DNA of 63,635 nucleotides, filler included, from Chrysochromulina tobinii (lineage: Eukaryota): NCBI GenBank assembly GCA_001275005.1. It is 7 parts of 7 records of this genome, joined end to end, with 100 filler letters (N's around TTAATTAATTAA, not from the genome) between each part and the next. Parts side by side here need not be neighbours in the genome. Positions count along the whole stretch, not along the records: positions 1 to 16,726 come from JWZX01000010.1; 6 more parts are not named here. One strand, 5' to 3'. Below the pieces are notes generated by a model, which saw only the letters and a list, made by a program, of their open reading frames with translations, was not told the origin of the DNA and did no database searches. Numbering within the stretch: the stretch's first letter is position 1; each line of letters begins with the position of its first letter. Of this stretch, positions 1 to 11,537 are shown piece by piece. The translations under genes and the position numbers were made by a program.

Positions 1-1002
1 CCGTGAAGCAGTAGTCCGGAACAGCACCGGGCCGCGAGCGACGGCTGCCGTCCTCGGCCAGTGCAGCGGCTAGGACCTCGGCCGGGACGGCCATGCTGAA
101 GATGCCACGCGGCTCCATGGTGCCTGTAATCCCAGCGAGAAACTAGTACCGGTAAAAAGACACCGGGGGGTAGCCGGGACACACAGTACCGGTAGTCCCT
201 GGTGTGTGGTGCCGTGTGTGGGCTGCGGGACACCCGGGGGGTGCAGGTTGTAGGAACACACACACAGATTCCGACCTTTAGGTTGGTTGCTCACCAAGTC
301 ACCCCCAGACCCACCTCAACAGAACTGCGTTGACTCACTCCTTGAAGAAAGACTGCTAATATGGATACCCCAACGCCTTTGCGCTCGACCGATTCGCGAC
401 TACCTAGATTGCCACTGGCTGTGTGGACAGGGCGTGGGCACTGACCATGTCGAGCCTCTTGTGGCGAGCACTCAGTAGAGGTGGCGCCCCTAACGCCCCT
501 ATAACGCCCCGGCGTCAGCAGGAGCACTCTCATCCTCGTCCCCGTTGCTGTCCCCATCATAGACATAGTAAACGTCGACGTTGTTGTCGTCGTCTCCGCC
601 GTCGAGCGGCTGCCACTTGCGCCCCTCGTAATACGCGCTGCCATCGAGAGCGCTGCCCCGTTCCGTTAAAGTGCCGCATGCAACTGGATGCGAGAAGGCG
701 TAGTATCAGGCTCCTTGATCGCCCCGGCAGGGTATGCTTCCATCGCTCAAGGTGGTGGTGGAGCACGCGGAGCGAGTCGCGATCGAGGCCTGTAAGCCCA
801 GACAGTCTCTGCAAAGCGCTGTGGCGAACCGCTTCGGTTCATCGTCTCCTCAAGCATGCTCCCGCCGTCGCGACGTCCGCCGCCGCCGCCGCCAGCGCCC
901 TTCCATGCGAGCCATTCCCGCGCAAATCGACGGCGGGCCTCGTTTCGAGAGCACTCATCTCACGGCCTGACGGAGCGCTCACGACGGCGTCCATCGCGGC
1001 GC

Positions 1003-3927
1003 TCATGCCTGTAGATCGAGCCAGGTCCCCACATGCGCAAGGGCCGAAAGGGTTACCTGCTTCTCGGCGGAGATGAACACGTCGTGACGCGCGTATGTGA
1101 GCGACACGAGAGTGCGACTCGGTCCGATGGCATGCGCACCTGATGAAGGGAGTACTCGGCGGCAATCAATTGCAATCGATGGCAATCCAGGGTGTGGGGG
1201 AAGGACCCATTGGCAATCCAGGGTGTGGGGGAAGGACCCATTGGCAATCCAGGGTGTGGGGGAAGGACCCATTGGCAATCCAGGGTGTGGGGGAAGGACC
1301 CATTGGCATGCGCACACGCCATCGTCTGGTCGCCGTTCAGTACGTCGTCGCCTTTGCTCGTGAGCACAAGGAAGGGCTTCTTGGTGATCGCAATGCCCTC
1401 GCGGTTCACTCGGCGCAGCTTCGAGTGCACCCTGTTGATGCCGATGCAGTAGCCGACGGTGACGGGCAAATTGTACAGCGGCCGGCAGCGCGGGTCGAAA
1501 GCGTACTGCGAGTGGAGCTGTATCGCCCATGCGTTGTTGCCGCCGCCGCCGAGGATCTCGGAGGCAGCCTCCCAGACACGAAGCCGTACGAGCAGCTGGG
1601 GCAGGTACCTGGCGAGGGATGTTTGCACGGCGGCACACGGTGGTGCTCTGGGTATACTCAGGGGGCTGATGGGGCTTTAGGAGAGCACGCGTACATGAGG
1701 CCGAGCTTATTGATGACGCCGCCCACCCAGCCCCAGTCTAAAAAGGGCGAGTTGAAGATGAAACCGCTGAAGTCGGCGTCGCCGTGCACCATCAGGTAGT
1801 CGAGGAGAACCTGCCCGCACACAGCGACACCCAATTGAAATCAGTGGCCGTCAGCTCCCATCAGCGGCGATCAGTCTCAATCAACGACAATCAGCGGCGA
1901 TGAACGGCAATCACTTCATTCATGACACTCACCGTCGCTCCTGTCGAGTGGCCGTAGCCGAGGATCTCCGTCGCGCCGTGATTCCGTAGCAGTAGGATCG
2001 CCTGCCGGATGTCCTCGTGGTACTCTCCAAAGTCCCCATCCGAGTGCGAGTTGTGCATGGGGTTGCCGAAGAGGTGCAGCCGCCGGCAGACGCCCATACG
2101 GCGGTAGCTCAGCACGTACACAGTCCAGCCGTGTGCATCGAACATGTCGGACACATGCGGATGATAGAAGGCTTCGTTGCGTCCTGGGAGCCAAAGCACT
2201 GCACGTCGGATGGGATAGCCAGGTGGCAGCGGTGCTGCTGGCGGCGACCCTAGCGACGGCGCTGCTGGTGGCGACCCTGGCGGCGCTGAGACACGCGCGG
2301 CGGTCGTGGCCGGTGGGGCAGCGTTCTCTCGGATCACGTCGAAGGACACATCCTTTCTCTCCTCATCATTTGCAGCGGCGGCGGTGGTATCAGGCGCTGC
2401 GGCCTCGTCGCCATCGGTGTCGGGTCCGGTCCCGGTGTCGATGGCCCCGGTACCAGTGCCCTCGCCGGATCCCGTCACCGCGACACCTTCCATCCCACTG
2501 ACCACGTCACCGCCATCGGCTCCGCTTAATAGATCGGTCTCGGGGCGTATCCACGAGAGCACTGCATGGCGTCCGTCGCATCCGCTGAGCACGTGGTGAT
2601 GCATCGGGGGCAGCTCAGCCTCGGTCACATGCCGAGCCTCGTGCGCACTAACACGCACGCGCAGCAGAACTTCGCCGCCACAGTCCAGTACCACACGCAC
2701 CTCTTGCCACGCGCCTCCCGCCTTCGGTAGTGGGAAGACGTCGGCGCAGTCGAGTGTTGCACTGCGTGTACCACCATCGCTGGGACCACCGCAGCGCACG
2801 GCACCGGTCAGAGGGGCTAGATCCGCGGCAGGTGGATCCACTGCGACGGTGGCTGGAGCGGTGGCTGGAGCGGTGGCAGCAGGAGCGGTGGAGGCTCGTT
2901 CGATGAGGCGCTCGATGATGCATACAACGAGACGCGCGGGCGCCCTCAGCCAGCTAGCCAGCTGTGCGAACAACGAGAGCAGCAGCGCATGCGGCCGGAG
3001 AACTCGATAATGGTACAGACCAGACCAGAGCCTACTCGACCCGAGGACCGAGACACGATAGGCGGTCGTGCCGGAGCGTTTGTAGACGAGCATGCCCTGC
3101 TCATCCCACACCGGGCTCGACGGATGTATGTATGGGGCTCGCTGTAGGAATTCGAACGCCCCGATCGGGCACTCGGCGCTCGAGCCAGTGTCTTCGCCTA
3201 CGGCGGTCACGAGGACGAACGGCTCAAAGGGCCACCAGCTGGGCCGGTGCGGCAGGCCGGTGCCGTCGACGAGCCACACGTGCAGCCGATCAAACGGCAT
3301 CTCGTCGGATGGGAGCCTCGCCGGATCGAGCAGCTCGTCGTGGAGCGCGGCGTCGCCGAACGCGGTGCGCTTGTCACCGTTTGCGCTGTTCACACTCTCC
3401 CTGTTGACTTCCACGCTGTCCGTCCAGAGCCCATCCAGAGCGGGTGTTGCACGGTGAGGCACAAATGGGCCACGTTGTTCGCGCCGGCTGCCATCGATGA
3501 AGAATTTCGACGCGTGCGCCTGCAGCCGCACTGAGCTGGGGCCGTCAAGGCGTGCAGCGAGGTCGTGGCCGAACTTTTGCTTTAGGCGATTGCTGGGATT
3601 GAGCAAACCCACCCGGGCCACGAGCCGCGTGCGCCGGTGCGTCAGAAATACGCCACGCGAAACTGCGACCCGCACGATGGTGACGATACGCTTGAGTCGC
3701 GAGAGGCGGCGCTGAGCTAATGGTCGCCGCTCCACCCGCTGGACTGAGGGCGTGCGCGAGTGGATGCGGCGCTGGGCGGCGGCGAGAAGGACGGTGACGA
3801 GGACGGCCAAGATGGCGCTGACGATGCTCACAAAGGTGTTATTGGGCAGAAAGGACTCGACGAGAGAGGGCAGCGTGGGCATGAGGATGACACACGACAA
3901 GTAGGTGACCGCTTTTTCCGTCGGCAT
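1003..3927 (-). CDS. Alpha/beta hydrolase (lysophospholipase-like) with N-terminal hydrophobic segment; exons approx. 3927-1933, 1810-1695, 1608-1316, 1139-1003
   Basis: GT-AG splicing keeps the frame and joins LWLPGRNEAF, GHSTG (GxSxG nucleophile), FNSPFLDW, SKGDDVL (Asp) and ARHDVFIS (His). Start codon uncertain (3927 or 3882). Confidence 0.8.
1181..1304. repeat. Four exact 31-bp tandem repeats inside intron 1140-1315
   Basis: GGCAATCCAGGGTGTGGGGGAAGGACCCATT x4. Confidence 0.95.
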
Positions 3928-4027
3928 CCGTCCGAATTTCCTTGCAGGTAGGACGGCAATTGACGGAACCCGGGACGCCTTTTCTTGAAATTCATACAAA
4001 CTCGTTTTTGGTATTCTCGGAATCCTC

Positions 4028-4998
4028 TCAGCACGTGCCACAATCCTCCGTCTTGATGCCAGCGCTCGCGCACGCGCGGTTGGCGGGCACGAGCTCGAGC
4101 AGGCTGCGCGGCGCGACACGGCTCGTCGTGCCCGACCAGTCCGGCAGCTTAGGCGGTGCGGGGAACGAGACCAGATGGAGCAGCGTCGCATGCACGTCAA
4201 AGGGTGACACGAGCCTGCGCTGGTTGGCGCACAGGGCCGCCTCGACGGCCGGGTATGCTCCGAGCACGCGGCGAGGGAAGAGGGCATAGAAGAGAGGGAG
4301 CGCGTGCTCGCGAGCGCCCGCCTTCGCGCCGTCGTAATACTTGCCGTAATGGATGCCGTGGTCGGAGATAAGGAGGATGACCAAGCGCTCGCCGTGCGCG
4401 GCACGCAGATGAAGCAGGTGCGCCGCCAGGTCCGCATCCAGCAGGCTCATAGCCCGGAACGTGGGCTCATGTCCCTCGAGGTAGACTGACCAAGACAGGC
4501 GCGGCAGCGGTGCGTATGCTCTGAGAAAGTCGCGCTCGTACTTCATGAGCGCGGCGTGAGCGGGCCGGCCGCCCAAGCAGCGGCTCATCGGGCGGAAGTA
4601 GAGCTTATCCACGTCATAGTCGACATGGCACCACGGCTCCATGAGATGATGGTCCACAGGCGGGTGCAGTGTGTCGAATGGATACACCTCCTCCATGACG
4701 CCCCAGTCACACATATTGGTCCCAAAATACGTCGCGTAGCCCGCCGCCGCGTACGCGTCGAAGACCCACTTGTCGCACTTGTTGTGCCGGTCGGCGCGCA
4801 CGCCGTCATCGAATCCAGGCACAATGCACTCAAGACTCTTGCCGCCGTGGTCTCTTTCCCACTGGAGGGAGGTATACCCTGAGAGCATTGGAAGCTGGTT
4901 GCGAGGTGAGTTCGAGCCGACCACGGTGAAGAGCTCAAAGCGGAAGCTGCGCCAGCCGCCGCCATCTCTCGTGTCTGCCGCGTCGCTGCCGCTGCCGC

Positions 4999-5029
<31 letters not shown>

Positions 5030-8029
5030 GCCCCGTCGACGCCTCCTGCGGCGCCAGCGACGACGTGGCGCGGGCGTTTCAGTAACGCCGCTGGTGGCGG
5101 CGGGCTCGGCGGTGCTGGGATGCGCCCAGCTGGCAAGAAGCGCATGTGTGATGGGCATACCACGCTCGAAACGGGCGGCAGCGATGGAATCGAGCATGAG
5201 GAGCATCACATTTAGACCGCGCAGGCTGTCGTCGCCACCGCCGCGGCTGCCGCCGCCGCCGCTGCTGGTGCTGCTGCCGCCGCCACTGCTGTCACCGTCG
5301 TCGCTGATGGCCGCCGCTGCGCTCCCGCTCCGGCGGCCTCCTCCCCCACCTCCCCCCCCTCCTCCACCCCCGCCGGGTGGACTCGCGCTCGTGTCGTTGG
5401 CGTGGTGGCGCAGCCACTGCCTTCGTTGGCGTCGCAGCTTCGTGTACAGAGGCCAGCGGCGGCGTGCCTCGACTGCCACGTCAAGCACCCAGCCGTGCGA
5501 GGCGGCCGGACACTGCCGGCGTATCGCAGCGCTGTTGCTCGGCTTGCGCTCCCGCCCGAGGCGTTCGCAAGCGCTCGTGAGTGCCTCGGGGTGGCGGCAG
5601 TAGCCGGTCACGTGCTCGGTACCGTTGGGCATCAGGGCGGGGCCCGTGTACTGGTACAGCTTCGGATGCAGACCGATCTGGTATAGCGGGAGACGCTCGG
5701 GAGGGCAGTCGAGGTGCAACCAGCCGCGCTGCAACGTCGCAAACGTCGGTGCGTCACATGCGAACAGGTCCGCCTCGCTCGCCACAGCTTTGAGAAGCGC
5801 CTCGTCGGCGGCGGGGGGGCGCGAGTGGCAGATCCTTGGTAGGGTACCGAGTGAGGGGGCGCCGTCGTGGGCGCTGCATTGAGCCGCCGCCACACTCCAT
5901 GCCGTGCCCACGCCACCGCTGCCACCCTCGCTGCCGCCAGCGGCCGCTACCACCCCTTCGGCTGCACGCGTGCGCACACGTCGCAAGTGACATTTGAGCT
6001 GAGCGCTGGCGGCATCGGCTGCAGCACTGTCCCATGGTGGGCCATGCATGGCCGCTGGGACGCTGGCGACGAGCGCGCTGCCGGGAGCTGTGCGGAAGGG
6101 CATGGCTACGGCAGCCTCCCCATCTGCTGCCTCTCTGCCCTCCTCCTCGAGTTCCGCCGCCGCCGCCGTTGCCGGGACGGACGGCGCTGTGAGGGGACAA
6201 AGTGAAGGAGCGCCGAGAGCATCGGCGCACGTGCGGTCCATGGGCAGAGGTTGCAGCAAGGAGCATCCGCCGATGGCACGGACGCGCAGCCGGCCCGCAG
6301 CAGCAGCGCCACCGGCGGAGACACTGGCGGCGGCGGCGGCGGCGCGGCCAGCGCCGCAAGTTGCGGGTAGGGTAGCGTTAGGCAGCCGTGAGACGAGAGG
6401 CAGCACCGGTAGCTGCAGCAGTGTAGCATGGAGGTCGTATGTTGATGTGAAGGCAGCCGCACCGTTGCTTCGAAGTGCCGAGCCCGCGGCCCCAAATGCG
6501 GCCGCAGTGGCCGCATCAACCGCGATCCGGTCGCTTTCCAATCCGTCCGCCGCCGACGACGTCCCATCATACCATTCACACTCGAGGTGACCTTCGCCAA
6601 AGGAGCCACGTCGCACGCCCGGCGAGGAGCAGTTACGCGCCACGTAGCACCACGGAGTCTGCTTCGGACCCTCCCAATTATGGCATCTCGCGCCGTAGCC
6701 GTGCACATTTCTGTAGCCGCTGCACGGGCAGGCAGCCGGCGCTCGCCAACGCGGCGTTCGGTCGAGCGCAGAGCGCGCGCCGGTTGCGGTGGCGGCGGTG
6801 GCGGCGGCGGCGGCGTTGGCAGTCGCCGATGCAAGGGTGACGTTTGGGATTGGCCACAGAATGCGGACAAGGGGAGAAGAGGCGGAGGCGGAGGCGGAGG
6901 CGGAGGCGGAGGCGGAGGAGGAGGCGGAGGCGGCGGGCGGAGGCGACGGCACGTCTGCGAGCAGAAGAAGCGCCGTGTGCGGCGCCGTCGTGAGCACCAC
7001 GTCCACAAAGTTGGCGAGCGCGGCGTCGAGACGCGTGGCGTCCGGAGAGCCTGGCAGCACGATGAGCGCGAGCTTGGGCAGCCCGCGATAGAGCGTCTGG
7101 CCTAGGAACGCTGCCATGTACTCCAGGAGAGTCTTCACTCCACTGCCGCGAACGCCGCCGCTGCCGCGAACGCCGCCGCTGCCATCGGAGGCACCCTCGC
7201 AGCGAACGGTTGCATTGCGAGGGTTCCGCCACCCATGCCCATCGGCTCCTCGCCTCGCCTCGCCATCTGCCACCCGCTGCAGCGCGACCGCGAGCTGCTC
7301 GTCCAGGCTGCATGCCGGCTCCAAGAGCGAATGGTCAGTCGGCGGATCGCCCTCAAGCGCGTGGCCGGTGGCGCGGCTGGCGCCGCTGACGCAGCGCGCC
7401 TCGCCAAAGGCGCGCACGTAGCCCCAGCGCTCGTACGCCCTCCATAACGAGCGCTTGGCCGCCCAAGCAGGCAATGGACGCTGGGTGGTGCCGTAGATGA
7501 GTGCTTGGAGTGTGGACTCTCCGCTGGCGCTCGCGGGCACGTGGCGCGAGTACGTGGCACTCGTGAAGCGGCCGCTCTGGCGAAATCGTGCCATTGTGCG
7601 CGTGGTAAGAGGTAGGCTGGAGCGCGTCAGGGGCAGGCCACGGAGCACGAGGATCACGACGTGCTGGCTGCTGGTGGCGCCGCTTGAGCTGGTGCGCTGG
7701 CGGCGCGCTCGCTCACGCACGTCCTCGCGCTCGACGGGCGCGGCGACAACCTGCTCGATGCGTCCCCGATGCCACACGTCGCAGTACGCATGGATGTACT
7801 CGGGCCATTTCGCGTGCTCCGCCTTTGGAAGCGGCAGCCCGGGCCGCCAGAGCTGGACCTCCCGGTGCCGCCAGCCGAGCGTGTACCGTGGGTGGCAGCG
7901 CTCGAGGCCGGGCGTGTTGCAGTCTGCGTCTGAGCGAAGGTCCACCTCCCACGAGGAGCCACATTGCAGGCTGAAGTGCGGGAGTGGTGTCGCGAAGGCT
8001 GGCACCGCATCGCACAGTTCCGAAGGCAT
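4028..8029 (-). CDS. DUF229 / alkaline phosphatase-sulfatase-like protein with a kringle-like Cys module
   Basis: 1333-aa ORF with NVMLLMLDS, TVVGSNS, LLISDHG, EHALPL and NQRRLVSPFDVHATL. Internal CPC..GYGARCHNW..PWCYV..C module. Confidence 0.7.
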
Positions 8030-8173
8030 AGAACCACGTGTTCAACACGACGCGTTTCGTTAACAATTTCAGGACCATCGGGTTCGTTCCGGCAACGCGG
8101 ATACGCTCAGTATGACGCGTCGAATAATGAATTGGGTTTCCTCCTCACAGCACTAGTACGTATGAACCCTACG

Positions 8174-9592
8174 TCACCCGCTGGGCTCTACTGAACGAGT
8201 TGACTTGACTTCAGACAGGCCATTGGATTGCATGGTGATGGTGGTAGTGGAGGAGGTGGCCGCTTGCGAGGGAAGGCACGCCTTGGGTACGACGCGCAGG
8301 TTGAAGACAGAGCGACCTCCACTGGCGCCCACGGCGCCAGCGACACCAATGCCGGGGCTGCTCACCGTGCCCCCGGGGCTGGCGCCGCCTAAACCAGTCG
8401 CCGGTCGCTTGGCTGGCGGCGAGGCCTCAGCGGAGGGAGTGTCGGCGGCGGCACGCTTGATCGCAGAGCCACCGCTGCTGGCGCCTGGGCGAGGGTCAGA
8501 TGCGCTGGGCGCGGGCTGTACGGCGAACGGCAGCAGATCTCGTGAGGTGACGCTACTGCTGATGCCGCCGCCGCCGCCGCCGCCACCGCCGCCGCCGTCT
8601 CTGTGCAGGGCGGTGGATCGCGGCCTGCCGGGCGTGAGCGCGAGGGTGTTCACTTGGGCGCCGTTGGCCAGAGTGGAGGCAAGAGAGGAGAAGGTTCCGT
8701 TGGTGAGTAGGTGAGTAAACGAAAAGGCGCCGGAGGAGGCGAAGGCGGAGGATGAGACCGGAGAGGCGGCGGAGGATGAGGCAGCGGCAACAGCGACAGC
8801 AGCGGCAGCAGACCCAGCGATGTGGACGTCCACAGCCGCGCTGCCGCTCGTGCCGGGTGCTGCGGCGGCCGATGGAGCAGCGGTGGCGACGGAGCTGCCA
8901 AGATGGCTCCAAGCGAGTGTGGAGGCGGCGGCAGAGGCGGCGGCAGTGGCGGCAGCAGCACTGGTGGTTGCCGCGGCTGATGCTGCCGAGGTGTGCGCGG
9001 CGGGCGCAAACACCGCGGGCGTGCTGGTTGCAAGCGCAGCGGTCGCCGTGGGTGCTGGCATTGCGAATGAGATGGACGGGAAAGCTTCATTGCCATCGCC
9101 ATTGTCATCGGCGTCATCATCGCTGCTGCCGTCAGCACCGCCCACCCGCCCGTGCAGTACATGCGCTGCCGGTGTCGGCACGATAGCCACCTCCTCGAGC
9201 CTGGTCGCGATCTTGACTGGCGGTGTGAGGTGGATCAGGTTGTGGGCGAGTGCCTTGGTGCGGAACTCCTCGCGGCCCTCATCGCGCGCGAGCTCGAGTG
9301 CGCGCTGCTCGACGTCGCGTATCTGCCCGGTGATCTGCGGCAGCTTCATGAGCCCGAGGTTGTGTACCGTGCTGGCATCGTCGCGGTCGTCAATCTCCTT
9401 GAGAAGCTGCGCCACTCTCACGAGACGCTCCGGCACGAGGTGGTGTGTGTCCGATGCTTCGGCGGTGAGTCCGTATTCGTCAATCATAGTCGCGTCCGGG
9501 AAGCTACTTCTCGCGAAGTCTGCCGCCTCAACATCAGCATCGACGAGCGTCAGCTCCTCGTGTGACGTGAGGGCGTCTAGTGACTCCGACAT
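8174..9592 (-). CDS. LIN52: LIN52-like protein (MuvB/DREAM subunit) with low-complexity C-terminus
   Basis: N-terminal LTSHEEL fits LxSxExL. DDASTVHNLGLMKLPQITGQIRDVEQRALELARDEGREEFRTKAL resembles the LIN52 helical core. Confidence 0.55.
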   Translation of the reverse strand: MSESLDALTSHEELTLVDADVEAADFARSSFPDATMIDEYGLTAEASDTHHLVPERLVRVAQLLKEIDDRDDASTVHNLGLMKLPQITGQIRDVEQRALELARDEGREEFRTKALAHNLIHLTPPVKIATRLEEVAIVPTPAAHVLHGRVGGADGSSDDDADDNGDGNEAFPSISFAMPAPTATAALATSTPAVFAPAAHTSAASAAATTSAAAATAAASAAASTLAWSHLGSSVATAAPSAAAAPGTSGSAAVDVHIAGSAAAAVAVAAASSSAASPVSSSAFASSGAFSFTHLLTNGTFSSLASTLANGAQVNTLALTPGRPRSTALHRDGGGGGGGGGGGISSSVTSRDLLPFAVQPAPSASDPRPGASSGGSAIKRAAADTPSAEASPPAKRPATGLGGASPGGTVSSPGIGVAGAVGASGGRSVFNLRVVPKACLPSQAATSSTTTITMQSNGLSEVKSTRSVEPSG

Positions 9593-9672
9593 AAACCTGA
9601 AAAAGTGCTCACAGAGACGCTTTCGATTTTTTGAAACGATTGAAGGAATAGGAAAGTGTTAGTGGGCTCACC

Positions 9673-10486
9673 TCATGCAGCGGCTGGCGCGTCTGCCGGC
9701 GCATCTGCCGGAGCCTCAGCCGGCGGCGGTGTCTCTGCCCGCCGAGCTCCTGCATAGGGTACCCCGTAAGCTGCTGCATACGCCGCTGCACGCGCCTCTG
9801 CAAACTGTGGGAGCGCGGAAACGACCTTCACTCTCTCTCTCCTCATCAGACCCGCCGTTTTGAGGTTCCGGACGAGCATCGCAGTCCTGAGCATGGTCGT
9901 GGTGAAGTCACACTTAGCCTTCTTGTGCTCTGTGAAAATCTTGGGCTTGCCGTTGTCGATCGCCTGCTGCAGCTTCGCCTGCTGCCGTGCGAGCGCCCGC
10001 TCGAGCTTCTCCACCTTGCCCTTGCTGGCATACTTTTGGTACTTGGCCTTCTTTGCCCTCCATGTTTGAGTGAGGCGAGCGGCCTTGTCATCGGAGGGCC
10101 ACTCCACCTGGCTGGCCTTCTTCTCGTCCTCTGAGTCAGAGAGTTGCTCCTCTTGGTGGTCCTCTGACTCGTCCTGCGCGGCGACGCAGATGCCAGCCGT
10201 CAGCGCGAGAGGTAAGAGAACTGGCCGCGCAGGAACAGCTTACCTTTTCATCATCTGAGGCGTGCGCCTCGATGTCCTTAGGGTCCACGTCCTCTATCCA
10301 GGCCTACGAGAAGCGTGCACAATGTGTGACTGTGTCAGCGCATAAAGTCGCGCATCATGCATTTATCGGGCGCACCGCGATCTCGCCAGCGTCCTTCTCG
10401 AGAATGGCCAACAACGCCTGCGCCTCTGCCTTGGTCGCGACGTCCAACTGGACCTTTTCCTTCAGTTTGTACGGTATCCTTGGCAT
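9673..10486 (-). CDS. Hypothetical charged protein; exons 10486-10376, 10303-10244, 10173-9673
   Basis: ATG plus two canonical GT-AG introns (GTGCGC..TAG, GTAAGC..CAG) that preserve the frame into ORF 9673..10107. Confidence 0.65.
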
Positions 10487-10762
10487 GCTTGAGCTACCTC
10501 AGGTCTGTACGCTCACTTTGCGTGAGCGTGCGGAATCTCGTGAAAGTTGAAACGTCTCTCGAGTCTCGAGGTGGCTTCCGAATCAGTCATACCACCCACC
10601 CCCACCTCGGCGGCCAACCGGGACCCCTTCACGAGGTTGACGCGCGTACCGGTAAAAGAGCGTCCTGTCGGGCTTGGTGGCATGCGCGCCTCCTACTACC
10701 AAGCGATGCGGAGCACCGCCATCGTTGCGCGAGCACAAACCCGCCACGCCTCCAGCACCATA

Positions 10763-11506
10763 ATGCCTGCATTTGCAGTCGGCAGCTCGCAAGCTGCGGA
10801 CTTGCGCTCGGCTGCCGCGGAAGCTTATGCGCAGGCTGCAACTCAGCTACCCACACCACCACAGCTCGTTGTGCTCTTTTCTTCGGCGATGACGTCGGCT
10901 ACGGAGGCGGCCTCGCTGGCGAAAGCGTTGTGCCCGTGCGCGGCGTTGCTCGGGCGCGTCGACGCTCCGCGCAAGGCGGAGCCACCGCTCACCACCATCT
11001 TGGCGGCTGCTCTGCCCGTCGGCTCGACAGCACAGAGCTTCCACGTGCTCGAGCCGACGGTGCCCGAGTTTGTGGACCTCGAGCGTGCGCTGCGTCCAGA
11101 TGCGCCGCCCACGCACGCCCTGCTGCTCGCCGCACGCAATTTCCCCCTCAACGCACACGTCGCCGTGCTCGACGCACTGTTCCCTTCGGGTGTGAAAGTG
11201 GGCGCGGGCGGCATGTTGGGCAGCTGGCTGCTCGGCGGCGGCGGAGCCCATTCTTCTGGCTGCGCAGGTATATTGCTCACCTCGACAGACCTCACATTTG
11301 ATGTGATCATCTCGCACGGGGCAGCCCGCCGGGCCGCCGTGCCAATCACGCGCTCCTCCCCTCTAGAGGGGAGGCTCTTTGAGCTCGGGGGGCTGCCGGC
11401 GACGGACCTTCTCGAGCGCGTCAAGGAACTTGACGGCATGCGTGGGCGACGCCTGCTTCTCGGCACTACGCCCATAGCCGCCCCCGGCGCCGCAGCGGCT
11501 GCTGCC

Positions 11507-11537
<31 letters not shown>

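Noticed and set aside
118..140. GGTGCCTGTAATCCCAGC resembling the SRP RNA/Alu 5' end
   Set aside because: No recognisable SRP S-domain helix downstream; probably a chance match.
1181..1304. 31-bp repeats as a possible CRISPR array
   Set aside because: No spacers; simple tandem repeat in a spliceosomal intron; no cas genes.
3928..4437. N-terminal part of the 848-aa ORF
   Set aside because: Overlaps the DUF229 gene end in another frame; GC-driven ORF extension.
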